A stretch of 64,000 bases of DNA from Acidimicrobiales bacterium (GCA_965116965.1 OZ220743.1:3887262-3951261); one strand, 5' to 3'; numbered from the stretch's first letter, positions 20,592 through 33,106 are shown. Numbers and translations: made by a program. The notes: generated by a model from the sequence alone, not told the origin.

Positions 20592-21210
20592 CCCCGGACC
20601 CGGCGCCGGTGGGCAGGGTGTCCGACGTGAACACCACCACGTCGCTGTTGAGCACGTCGTAGGTGTTCAGCTCGCGGTAGTGCAGGCAGTGCACTACCCC
20701 GAGATTGCGGAAGCTCTTCTGGGCGTCGGAATCATCGTCGCCCAGCACCACCAGGACCTTCCCCGTCGCTCCGATGGCGTCGAGGGCGGCCGCCGCGTCG
20801 CGGGTGCGGGGCTCGTCGAAGCGCCAGCGGTCGACGACGATCACGCTGCCGGCGCGGGCCCGGTCCGACAGCGCGGAGACAAGGGCCAGACGCTTCATCT
20901 TCTTGGGGGTGCGCTGGCGGTAGTCGCGGGGCTTGGGGCCGTGGGCCGCGCCGCCACCCCGCCATTGGGGCGACCTGATGGACCCGTGGCGGGCCCGGCC
21001 GGTGCCCTTCTGGCGCCAGGGCTTCGAGCCGCCGCCGGCCACCTCGGCCCGGCCCTTGGTGCTGTGGGTGCCGGCCCGGCGGGCCGCCAGCTGTGCGTTC
21101 ACCACCTGGTGCATCACGCCGATGTTGGGTTCCACGCCGAAGATCGAGTCATCGAGAACGACCTCGCCGACCTTGCGGCCCTTGGGAGAGACCACCCTCA
21201 CCGGCTCCAT
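20575..21210 (-). CDS. rplD: 50S ribosomal protein L4
   Basis: 211 aa. GGGSKPWRQKGTGRARHGSIRSPQWRGGG. Confidence 0.97.
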   Translation of the reverse strand: MEPVRVVSPKGRKVGEVVLDDSIFGVEPNIGVMHQVVNAQLAARRAGTHSTKGRAEVAGGGSKPWRQKGTGRARHGSIRSPQWRGGGAAHGPKPRDYRQRTPKKMKRLALVSALSDRARAGSVIVVDRWRFDEPRTRDAAAALDAIGATGKVLVVLGDDDSDAQKSFRNLGVVHCLHYRELNTYDVLNSDVVVFTSDTLPTGAGSGGDGDA

Positions 21211-21214
21211 GGCG

Positions 21215-21850
21215 TCAGCCCTTCACCGCGTTGCGCACGACGACGGTTCCGCCCTTGGGCCCGGGTACGGCCCCTTTCACCAGCAGCACCTCGGCTTCGG
21301 CGTCGGCCTTGACCACTTCGAGGTTGAGCGTCGTGACCCGGGTGGCTCCCGCACGGCCGGGCAGTTTCTTGCCCTTGAACACCCTCGAGGGGGTGGCGCA
21401 CTGGCCGACCGCTCCAGGCTTGCGGTGCACCTTGTGGGCGCCGTGGCCGGCAGGCTGTCCCTTGAAGCCGTGGCGCTTCATGACGCCGGCGAATCCCTTG
21501 CCTTTGGACACCGCGGTCACGTCGACCTTCTCGCCGGAGCCGAGCAGGTCGACCGCGATCTCCTGGCCGACCGCGTACTCGCTCACGTCGTCGAGGCGCA
21601 GTTCCAGGACGGAACGGCCGGGGTCCACACCGGCCCGCTGGAAGTGCCCGGCCTCCGGTTGGGTGAGCCGGGCCGGATCGACCATGCCGTAGGTGACCTG
21701 TATCGCGCTGTAGCCGTCGTTCTCGTTGGTCTTCACCTGCACGACACGGCAGGGCGAGACGCGCAGGACGGTGACGCCGACGACTCGGTTGTTGTCGTCC
21801 CACACCTGGGTCATGCCGACCTTGGTGCCGACGATCGCCTTTGTGGCCAT
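21215..21850 (-). CDS. rplC: 50S ribosomal protein L3
   Basis: 211 aa. GTKVGMTQVW and SKGKGFAGVMKRHGF. Confidence 0.97.
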   Translation of the reverse strand: MATKAIVGTKVGMTQVWDDNNRVVGVTVLRVSPCRVVQVKTNENDGYSAIQVTYGMVDPARLTQPEAGHFQRAGVDPGRSVLELRLDDVSEYAVGQEIAVDLLGSGEKVDVTAVSKGKGFAGVMKRHGFKGQPAGHGAHKVHRKPGAVGQCATPSRVFKGKKLPGRAGATRVTTLNLEVVKADAEAEVLLVKGAVPGPKGGTVVVRNAVKG

Positions 21851-21893
21851 GGCCTGGTCCTGACATCTGGGCGCGAGCGCCGCTCACGCGAAC

Positions 21894-21920
21894 GCTCCGC
21901 TCGGGCTTGCCCGGCGGAGC
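21894..21920 (-). promoter_or_regulatory. Bulged GC-rich hairpin in the new rplC upstream region (candidate leader structure)
   Basis: GCTCCGC-T-CGGG CTTG CCCG-GCGGAGC, located 44 nt upstream of the rplC ATG. Function unknown. Confidence 0.2.
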
Positions 21921-22115
21921 GGCTACTAGGTTGTGCCACACGGTTCCCCGCGGTACCCACTGGGGATCCCACAAGGGCCTGTGCGGACGTCGATTTCGTA
22001 CTCACCCCGGAAGGCCCGAGGCGAACCGCCGAGTGTAGCCGCGACGGCCCGACCCCCCAACCCACACCAGACCCAGGCGGGGCAGTGTCAGGCCGACCGG
22101 CGCGGTGCGGTTGTA

Positions 22116-23372
22116 TCAGCTGTCGGGGGGCTGGCGCCAGAGGGTGCTGATGGGTAGCGCCCAGATGCGGTCGTCGATCGTGAATGGAAGATCTCCGGCG
22201 TAGAGCACCACGCCGAGGTGGAAGACATCTCCGAGCCGCTCCCTGAGCCACATCAGGCTCTTGGCGTCGCCTCGGTCGACGCTGGTCGCCGATTTCACCT
22301 CCAATGCGACGATCCGGCCCCGCCGCTCCAAGACGAAGTCGACCTCATGGCCCGACCGGTCGCGGAAGTGCAGCATCGCGGTCCGCTCGGACGCGGTCTC
22401 CAGGTGGGGGCGCAGCTCGGTGGCCACGAACGTCTCGAAGAGCTGCCCGACCAGGGTGGCGTCGCGGGCCAGGGATGCTTCGTCGGCGCCGAGGAGGTGC
22501 GCGGCCAGTCCGGGATCCACGATATGGACCTTGGGGGAGCGTGTGAGGCGGTACAGCCGCCTGGTGTGCCATGCGGGGATTCGCTGGACGATCGACAGGT
22601 CCTCCAGCAGCCCCAGATGGCTGTCGGCGGTGACCGCGGTGACGCCGGCGTCGCGGGCGGTGGCCTGCTTGTTGAGTTCCCGGCCGGTGCGCGCCGCGCA
22701 CGACTCCAGCACAGCTCGGATCTTGTGGGGCCTGGGGGATCCCCCCGCGAGCTGGGCCGCGTCCAGCTCCACGAGCTGTTCCGCGTAGGCGTCGAACCAG
22801 CGGGAGCGGTTGCGGGCCGACAGGCCCAGCGCATAGGGGAAGCGCCCGGCCACGATCCGCTCCAAGTACTCCGCCCTGGCCACGTCGGAGCGACCGCCGG
22901 CGGGCGGGTCGGCGGCGAACAGCGCGTCGATGGGGTTGTAGACGTCGTTGTGCTCGATCTCGCCCTGTGTCAGTCCCGACATCCGGACCCGGATGAGCCG
23001 GCCCGTGCCGGGCCAGGTGGGCGCCTGCCGGGCCGCCCGCACCGACCCGGTCAGGATGAAGCGGCCCGGGGTGCGGGCCGGGTCGGCGTCCACCGCCCGC
23101 TTCACGGCACCGATGATCTCGGGGGCCTCCTGCCACTCGTCGATGACGACCGTTCCGGACGAGACGGCCAGGACGCCGTCGGGGTCCTCGCGCACCGCCT
23201 GTGCCGGGCCCGACGTCGGGAGATCGATCACCGCGTCGGCGAACCGGCCCGCCGAGGTCGACTTGCCGCTGCCCCGAGCTCCCACGATCAGGATCGCCGG
23301 GAAGGCCGGCAGCAGCTCCTGCGCGATCAAGCGCTCGACGATCCTCGGATAGCGGTCCGCCACATCGCCCAC
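22116..23372 (-). CDS. AAA-family ATPase with DUF4143-type C-terminal domain
   Basis: 418 aa. P-loop GARGSGKST. FILTGS, GQLFETFVATEL and HFRDRSGHEVDFVLE are typical of the AAA_14/DUF4143 family. GTG start. Confidence 0.8.
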   Translation of the reverse strand: MGDVADRYPRIVERLIAQELLPAFPAILIVGARGSGKSTSAGRFADAVIDLPTSGPAQAVREDPDGVLAVSSGTVVIDEWQEAPEIIGAVKRAVDADPARTPGRFILTGSVRAARQAPTWPGTGRLIRVRMSGLTQGEIEHNDVYNPIDALFAADPPAGGRSDVARAEYLERIVAGRFPYALGLSARNRSRWFDAYAEQLVELDAAQLAGGSPRPHKIRAVLESCAARTGRELNKQATARDAGVTAVTADSHLGLLEDLSIVQRIPAWHTRRLYRLTRSPKVHIVDPGLAAHLLGADEASLARDATLVGQLFETFVATELRPHLETASERTAMLHFRDRSGHEVDFVLERRGRIVALEVKSATSVDRGDAKSLMWLRERLGDVFHLGVVLYAGDLPFTIDDRIWALPISTLWRQPPDS

Positions 23373-23402
23373 CCTACCGCCACCACAACGTTCGTTCTAT
23401 GC

Positions 23403-23456
23403 GATCTGCGAACATGGATTTATATGATCTGCGCACAAACGACCCTACGATCTGCG
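23403..23456. promoter_or_regulatory. Three direct GATCTGCG boxes with exact 23-bp phasing in a divergent promoter region
   Basis: GATCTGCG at 23403, 23426 and 23449, each preceded by a TA(T)-rich context. Lies in a locally AT-richer 126-nt spacer between the ATPase (-) and the AI-2E gene (+). Confidence 0.45.
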
Positions 23457-23498
23457 TAAGTCCCCCTTCCGGCGGGTGCCGGTGGCTATGGTCCGGCG

Positions 23499-24593
23499 GT
23501 GGACGACGGCAGGACCGTTCCGGTCTGGGTGAAGCGGGCCATCGTCGGGTTCTGGGTCGGTGGCCTGCTCACCTTCTACGCCGTGGGCGTGATCCGGGCG
23601 CTGGGGACTCTGGTCGTGGTGCTGATCGTGTCGCTGTTCGCCGCGTTCGCGCTGGAGCCGGCCGTGAACGCCATGGCCCGCCGGGGCGTCCGCCGGGGCG
23701 TCGGCACCGCCATCGCGTTCCTGGTCGTCGCGGTGGCCGCCGCCGGCTTCTCGGCGCTGGTCGGCACTGCGCTCGCCTCCGAGACCACGAACCTGATCGA
23801 CAAGGCGCCCGGCTACATCGACGACGTCGAGGGCTGGCTCGACGACGCCTTCGGCCTCGAGGTGGAGTTCGACACACTCAAGGACGAGTTCCTGACGGGC
23901 GGCGGGGCCCAGGACCTGGCCAGCCGGTTCGCCGACGACGTGGTCAACGCCGGCGCGACGGTTGTGAGCCTGCTGTTCCACCTGTTCACCGCGGCCCTGT
24001 TCACCTTCTACCTGGTGGCCGACGGACCCAAGCTCCGCCGGATGGTGTCAGCCCGGCTGAGCGAGCGCCGGGCCGCACTGGTGACCGAGATCTGGGATCT
24101 GGCCATGAACAAGACCGGCGGCTACATCTACTCCCGCACCATCCTCGCTGTGATCTCTGCGCTGGTGCACTGGATCGCCTTCCTGCTGCTCGACGTGCCG
24201 TCGCCGGTCGCCCTGGCCGTCTGGGTGGGTGTGATATCGCAGTTCATACCGGCGATCGGCGCCTACATCGCAGGGGTGCTGCCGGTGCTGGTGGCGCTGC
24301 TCCACGAGCCCCGCACCGGACTTTTTGCGCTGATCGTGATCGTCGCCTATCAGCAGCTGGAGAACTACTTCCTGTCACCCCGGGTCACCGCCCACACCAT
24401 GGAGATCCACGTCGCCCTGGCCTTGGGCTCAGTCATCGCCGGCACCGCGCTGCTCGGCATCGTGGGCGCCTTCCTGGCCCTGCCCGTCGCAGCCACCGCC
24501 CAAGCCTTCATCACCAGCTGGCTCGACCAGCGAGCCCGGCCCGCCGAGCCCGCGAACGACCATCCCGCAGACAGCGAACCAGCGGGCAACTGA
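23499..24593 (+). CDS. AI-2E family transporter (PerM/UPF0118-like permease)
   Basis: 364 aa with about 8 predicted TM segments. The overall pattern is typical of the family. GTG start. Confidence 0.72.
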   Translation: MDDGRTVPVWVKRAIVGFWVGGLLTFYAVGVIRALGTLVVVLIVSLFAAFALEPAVNAMARRGVRRGVGTAIAFLVVAVAAAGFSALVGTALASETTNLIDKAPGYIDDVEGWLDDAFGLEVEFDTLKDEFLTGGGAQDLASRFADDVVNAGATVVSLLFHLFTAALFTFYLVADGPKLRRMVSARLSERRAALVTEIWDLAMNKTGGYIYSRTILAVISALVHWIAFLLLDVPSPVALAVWVGVISQFIPAIGAYIAGVLPVLVALLHEPRTGLFALIVIVAYQQLENYFLSPRVTAHTMEIHVALALGSVIAGTALLGIVGAFLALPVAATAQAFITSWLDQRARPAEPANDHPADSEPAGN

Positions 24594-24698
24594 CCTGCGA
24601 GGACGCGGACTTGCCGCTCTGGCGACTGTGATCAGCGCCTACAGCCACCAACTGAACAGAGCGTGCCCTAGGTTCGCGTCAGCCGCTACAGCGGTTGC

Positions 24699-25496
24699 TC
24701 ACACCGTCGGCAGCGGCTCGGGGGACCGGAGCCGCTGCAGCGCAGCAATCGGATCCGGGGCGGTCACCAATGCCTCACCGATCAGCGCGGCGTCGTATCC
24801 GGCGTCTTCGACAGCAGCCAGAGCCGTCCCGCCGGGGACGCCGATTCCCGAGGCGGCGACCTTGACGATTCCGGGATCGAGCTGGTCGAACATGCGGCTC
24901 ATCGCAACCGCTTTGCCGTAGTCCACCGTGAACTCGGCAGACTTCGGGTCGTCGCGCTGGTTGACGGCGATCATGTACGCCCCTTGCTGGACGGCGACCC
25001 CCAACTCCCCTTCTGTGCGCACTTCCGTGAGCACATCCATCCCGAGTGTGAGCGCCAGCTCCTGCAGCGGTCGGACGTTCTCGGCCCCCACATCGGCCAG
25101 GATCAGGAGCAGAGCGTCCGCCCCCATCGCACGCGACTCGTGAACGTGCCGTGGCGTAGTCACGAAGTCCTTGCGCAACACCGGGATGCCGACGGCGGAA
25201 CGTGCATCGCGCAGGTCCTGGGGCGATCCGCTGAAACGGTCCGGGTCGGTGAGCACGGAGAGGCAGGCTGCCCCCCCGGCCTCGTAGGCCCGAGCGAGTG
25301 ATGCGGCATCGGCATCCATCCGCATCTCACCTCGCGACGGCGAGCGCCGCTTGATCTCCGCGATGATCGCTATGCCCTCAGCGGTCAGCGCGTCCCGGAA
25401 GCGGTGGCCGACGCTGGCAGGCTGATGGGACTCTGGGGCGCGGGTCATGGCTGCTCGTGTCTCACGTCTACCGAATGTACCGGGCGTAGGGACCAT
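24699..25496 (-). CDS. trpC: Indole-3-glycerol-phosphate synthase
   Basis: 265 aa. IAEIKRRSPSRG, LSVLTD, LRKDF and a TIM-barrel pattern. The start may be the Met at 25448. Confidence 0.88.
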   Translation of the reverse strand: MVPTPGTFGRRETRAAMTRAPESHQPASVGHRFRDALTAEGIAIIAEIKRRSPSRGEMRMDADAASLARAYEAGGAACLSVLTDPDRFSGSPQDLRDARSAVGIPVLRKDFVTTPRHVHESRAMGADALLLILADVGAENVRPLQELALTLGMDVLTEVRTEGELGVAVQQGAYMIAVNQRDDPKSAEFTVDYGKAVAMSRMFDQLDPGIVKVAASGIGVPGGTALAAVEDAGYDAALIGEALVTAPDPIAALQRLRSPEPLPTV

Positions 25497-25731
25497 AGAT
25501 CGCAGGTCCCTCCTCCGGCCGGAACTCTAGTGCGACTCAAGGGGCGCTCACCGGGAAGCTCGCGGCGGACGCCGTGGGGCTGGTTCTCAACGAGGCGCTT
25601 CCGCTTGCGTCGGTGGCCGAGCGTTGGTGCGAACACGCGACATCCACCCCCAACGATCGCCTTCCCCCTACGGTGCCTTGTCACACCCTGGATCTAAGGT
25701 TCGGCTCTGACAAGCCGCTAAAGGGTACGAC

Positions 25732-28293
25732 ATGGATGAATACGACAAAATAGCCGCACCGGCCGACACCCTGATCGACTACATCACGGGGGAGCCGGTC
25801 AGGGCCACGCCGGAGGAGCGCGATGCGGTCCAAGTCATGCTCAGACGTTTGGTCGAGGACTACAACTATCCGAAGAGCCGCATCCAGAGCCACCCGCAGC
25901 ACCGCGTCCGCCGGTCGCCATCTGACGCCTCGGGCTCATTCCCAGTGGACATTGCCGTGTTCACGTCGGATGACAAGCATGAGAGCGACCTCCAGATCGT
26001 CGTCGAATGCAAGCGGCCGGACCGGAGCGACGGACTCGTGCAGTTGCAGCTCTATATGGAGATGTCAGCGGCCTCCATCGGCGTCTGGTTCAACGGTCTG
26101 GACCACCTATACCTGCGCAAGGTTGTGTCAGCGGACGGCACACGTACGTTCGAAGAGATTCCCAACATCCCGCGTCTCGGTCAAGGCATCGACGAGATTG
26201 GCAGGCACCTACGGCGAGACCTCAAACCAAGCCGCAACCTCAAGGCCGTCTTTGGGGATCTTCGCAATCACCTGGCTGGAAACGTTTCAGGAATCACCAG
26301 GGATGTGGCGCTCGCAGAGCAAGTGCTCAACATCGTGTTCTGCAAGCTCTTCGACGAACTCAACACCGGACCCGAAGAGGTCGTTTCGTTCAGGGCCGCA
26401 GCCGGCGACGCCGAGGAGGAGGTCGCGGATCGTGTTCGTGGACTCTTCGACCAGGTCATAGCAAGGTACAGGGACGTCTTCGACAGCGACGCGAGTCTCA
26501 ACGTCGACGCCTCGAGCCTAGCCCACATCGTGGGCGAACTGCAGAACTACTCGCTGATGGACTCCGACCGGGACGCCGTTGGGGAGGCGTTCGAAGTGTT
26601 CGTCGGGCCCACGCTGAGAGGCGCAGAGGGACAGTTCTTCACTCCGCGCAACGTGGTCAAGATGGTCGTCGACATGCTCGACCCGCAACCGGGGGAGATG
26701 ATCATCGATCCGGCCTGCGGCTCGGGCGGGTTCCTGATCAGAGCCCTCGAAGCCGTCTGGACCGCCTTGGATGCGCAGGGGGCAGAAAAGAACTGGTCCG
26801 ACGCTGTGCTCGAACGGGAACGTCGGGAGGTCGCCACGCGATGTCTGCGAGGCATCGACAAAGACACTTTCCTGGCCAAGGTCACCAAGGCGTACATGGC
26901 AATCATGGGCGACGGCAGAGGTGGAGTCTTCTGTGCCAACTCACTGGAGCCGACCGTGCGGTGGGGCGAGCGACACCGTGAGAGCATCACGCTCGGCGCC
27001 TTCGACGTCGTCGTGACCAATCCGCCGTTCGGTAGCAAGATCAAGATCAGCGACAAACAGATCATCGAGCAGTTTGATCTCGGCCACAAGTGGACCGGAG
27101 GACGTACCGACGACCCTCAGCTTACCGGCGCTCTCCACGCCGACCGGCCGCCCCAACTTCTCTTCCTCGAGCGATGCGTCCAGCTTCTGAAGCCTGGTGG
27201 CCGCCTCGGCATAGTCCTGCCCGAGAGCATGGTCGGTAATCCGTCGTACCGGTTCGTCATGCGATGGCTCGCGGACCGGATGAAGATACGCGCCGTTGTC
27301 GCGCTGCCCGAACCTCTGTTCAAGACGAGCGGCAAGGGCGGCACGCATACGAAGGTCTGCGCCATCGTCGCCACCAAGCACGGTGACGATACGACCTCCC
27401 CGGGAGATGAGGAGCGGCTGTTCCTCTCCGACGTCCGATGGTGCGGCCACGACTCCCGCGGCAACCCGACTATCAGAATCGCCGACGGTGAGGCCCGCGT
27501 CCTGGACGAGGTTCCCTCGGTGGCGTCCCTGTTCCTTCGGCACACTGCGGGCGAGGCGTTGCCGCCGAGCAGGCTCGCCCATCAGCTGGACCGCAGTCAG
27601 ATCCGCTCCCAGATCTACGTGCCGAAATACTACGACCCCAGGCTCCGGTCGGCTGCGACGCGGCTCCGCGCCACGCACGAACTGCTTCGGATCGGAGACT
27701 TGGTCGACTCGGGCTCTCTTGACATCGCCACCGGGGTAGAACCCGGCAAGATGGCCTACGGCACCGGCCCCATCGCGTTCATCAGGACCTCCGACATCTC
27801 GAACTGGGAGATCAAGGCCGACCCCAAGCATTGCGTGAGCGAAGCGGTGTATCGGCAGCACCAACCCAAATGCGAAGTACAGCCCGGAGACGTCCTGATG
27901 GTCCGAGACGGAACCTACCTCATCGGCACCTCGGCCCTCATAACCGAGCACGACCGACCGATGCTGTTCCAGAGTCACATATTCAGGCTCCGGCTCACTG
28001 ACACAGCGACAATCGACCCGTACCTGTTCTTCGCGGCCCTCAACTCGGAGTTCGTCATGCAGCAGGTCCGAACCTTCCAGTTCACACAAGACATCATCGA
28101 CACCCTCGGCAACAGGGTCAAAGAACTTGAGATCGCCCTTCCGCTGGACCCGGACGACCGCGCCCGCCTTGCTCGGGAGATCAAGGAGATTGTCGGGGAG
28201 CGCGCTCGGCTTCGATCGCTATCAGCTGGATTGGCCGCAACGATCGCGGCCGGATACGACGAGGCGTCCGACGACCGCACGTCGATTCGTTGA
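25732..28293 (+). CDS. Single-chain restriction-modification enzyme candidate (Type IIG-like): N-terminal PD-(D/E)xK nuclease-like domain + gamma-class N6-adenine MTase + one HsdS-type TRD
   Basis: 853 aa. N-terminal HSDR_N-like domain has VDIAVF...IVVECKRP. MTase motifs are QFFTPRNVVKMVVDML, IIDPACGSGGFLI (motif I) and VVTNPPFGSKI (motif IV). The C-terminal 250 aa or so resemble a single type I S-subunit target-recognition domain. GC is visibly lower than in the flanks. Confidence 0.78.
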   Translation: MDEYDKIAAPADTLIDYITGEPVRATPEERDAVQVMLRRLVEDYNYPKSRIQSHPQHRVRRSPSDASGSFPVDIAVFTSDDKHESDLQIVVECKRPDRSDGLVQLQLYMEMSAASIGVWFNGLDHLYLRKVVSADGTRTFEEIPNIPRLGQGIDEIGRHLRRDLKPSRNLKAVFGDLRNHLAGNVSGITRDVALAEQVLNIVFCKLFDELNTGPEEVVSFRAAAGDAEEEVADRVRGLFDQVIARYRDVFDSDASLNVDASSLAHIVGELQNYSLMDSDRDAVGEAFEVFVGPTLRGAEGQFFTPRNVVKMVVDMLDPQPGEMIIDPACGSGGFLIRALEAVWTALDAQGAEKNWSDAVLERERREVATRCLRGIDKDTFLAKVTKAYMAIMGDGRGGVFCANSLEPTVRWGERHRESITLGAFDVVVTNPPFGSKIKISDKQIIEQFDLGHKWTGGRTDDPQLTGALHADRPPQLLFLERCVQLLKPGGRLGIVLPESMVGNPSYRFVMRWLADRMKIRAVVALPEPLFKTSGKGGTHTKVCAIVATKHGDDTTSPGDEERLFLSDVRWCGHDSRGNPTIRIADGEARVLDEVPSVASLFLRHTAGEALPPSRLAHQLDRSQIRSQIYVPKYYDPRLRSAATRLRATHELLRIGDLVDSGSLDIATGVEPGKMAYGTGPIAFIRTSDISNWEIKADPKHCVSEAVYRQHQPKCEVQPGDVLMVRDGTYLIGTSALITEHDRPMLFQSHIFRLRLTDTATIDPYLFFAALNSEFVMQQVRTFQFTQDIIDTLGNRVKELEIALPLDPDDRARLAREIKEIVGERARLRSLSAGLAATIAAGYDEASDDRTSIR

Positions 28294-28303
28294 CTACCAG
28301 CCC

Positions 28304-28325
28304 GGGCCGGCCTCCGGCCGAGCCC
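28304..28325. terminator. GC-rich hairpin between the convergent R-M gene and rpsJ (candidate bidirectional terminator)
   Basis: GGGCCGGCC TCC GGCCG(A)GCCC. Lies 10 nt after the R-M stop and about 100 nt after the rpsJ stop. No clear U-tract. Confidence 0.35.
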
Positions 28326-28423
28326 GCTAGTGCTGTGTCGTCGAAATGGCTAGGGCAGCGCAACAGGACCGAGACCCTGCTTGAGAGCGCTCCGGACGCC
28401 CCGATCATTTCAGCGACGGACCG

Positions 28424-28744
<321 letters not shown>

Positions 28745-28761
28745 CGCGAGACCCCCTGGAG

Positions 28762-29949
<1,188 letters not shown>

Positions 29950-29989
29950 GGGTGATTCCCCTTGTGGTCGGTTGAATGAGGACTTCGGA

Positions 29990-32074
<2,085 letters not shown>

Positions 32075-32274
32075 GGCTCTCGGCTCCTGGGGCTGGTGCG
32101 GCAGGCGGACACTGTCGGCGGGCGTTGGGGGCGGGGCTTCCGACTCCCCCAACCGCCAACAAGCCGCGACCGGGCGACAAGGCCCGGTCACACGCCATTG
32201 TACGCAAGCGACCTGCCGACCGGGCGCGATGTGTCAGACTTCACACCTCTGGGCGCCTGGCGCCGGGGCGCTAC

Positions 32275-32727
32275 TCAGATCGCGGCCACCGCCCCGGCCC
32301 TTGAGCGGGTGCCCTTCAGGTGGTCCTCGGAGTCGTCCGTGAGATCGTCCTCACGGCCGCCCGCGAGGTCGTCCTCGGGGTCGGCCGTGCAGTCGATCAG
32401 GCCGACTTCGCCGGGTTCCGAGCTAACCTTGATGACCAAGCCCTCGTGTCGCTGAAGGCACACGAGAACCTCGAACAGGTCGCCAGCCGGCAGTTCGCCT
32501 TCGCGGCTGAACATCTCGGTCAGCCTCTCCGGCGACTTGCCCGTCATCTCGCCCAGCGCCTCGAAGCCGCCGACACCGGCGATGCAGCTGCTCAGGAGGG
32601 ACTTGCCGATCCTGAACTCGCCCCCGAGCATGTGCTCGACCCCCCCGGCCAGCAGCAACTCCCGAAACCCGGGGTCGCGCCGTGCGCGCGCATGCGCAGT
32701 CTCCTTGTGGTCAACAGTGAGCGGCAT
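32275..32727 (-). CDS. HigA-like antitoxin (addiction-module antidote protein, HTH) with acidic C-terminal tail
   Basis: 150 aa from MPLTVDHKETAH. HTH region GEMTGKSPERLTEMFSREGELPAGDLFEVLVCLQ. Overlaps the upstream toxin stop by 17 nt. Confidence 0.65.
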   Translation of the reverse strand: MPLTVDHKETAHARARRDPGFRELLLAGGVEHMLGGEFRIGKSLLSSCIAGVGGFEALGEMTGKSPERLTEMFSREGELPAGDLFEVLVCLQRHEGLVIKVSSEPGEVGLIDCTADPEDDLAGGREDDLTDDSEDHLKGTRSRAGAVAAI

Positions 32728-33061
32728 GCGTTTCGTCCTCCTCGCGCCTGCGGCGCCGGTAGTCAATCCAGAGCCTACGGGCCTTCTCGATGTCGTGCTG
32801 CTGGCGCGCCTTCGTGCCCCCTGCGAGCACAACGACCACCGCGGGCCCGTCCCGGCCAAGGTAGATCCTGTAGCCGGGCCCAACGTGCACGCGACACTCC
32901 AGCACTCCGACACCGACAGCCTTGAGCTTCGAGAGGTTCCCGTCTGCGATGCGCTCGAGTGCAATCTCGATCCGGTAGGCCGCCGTCGGGTCGAGCCCGC
33001 CCAACCATCGGCGGAACGGATTGCGGCCCCGGTCGTCGACGTATTCGCGGATCTCGACCAC
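32711..33061 (-). CDS. RelE/ParE-superfamily toxin (HigB-like addiction-module killer protein)
   Basis: VVEIREYVDDRGRNPFRRWLGGLD...YRIYLGRDGPAVVVVLAGGTKARQQHDIEKARRLWIDY matches the killer-protein pattern. Start is either the GTG at 33061 or the TTG at 33094. Confidence 0.7.
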   Translation of the reverse strand: MVEIREYVDDRGRNPFRRWLGGLDPTAAYRIEIALERIADGNLSKLKAVGVGVLECRVHVGPGYRIYLGRDGPAVVVVLAGGTKARQQHDIEKARRLWIDYRRRRREEDETHAAHC

Positions 33062-33106
33062 GCACCGACTGTAACGAGTGCCACTGTGTCTCAATCATTT
33101 TTATGA

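Noticed and set aside
23403-23456. CRISPR-like regular spacing of short repeats
   Set aside because: The repeat core is only 8 bp, with 15-bp spacers and three copies. It lies in a promoter spacer and no cas genes are present. It was called a regulatory repeat instead.
21851-28423. Labelling the three interrupting blocks as integrative mobile elements or genomic islands with att sites
   Set aside because: I found no integrase, recombinase or transposase gene, no flanking direct repeats, and no tRNA 3' end at the borders. The first block also contains housekeeping-type genes (trpC, a permease). They are reported as insertions or rearrangements only.
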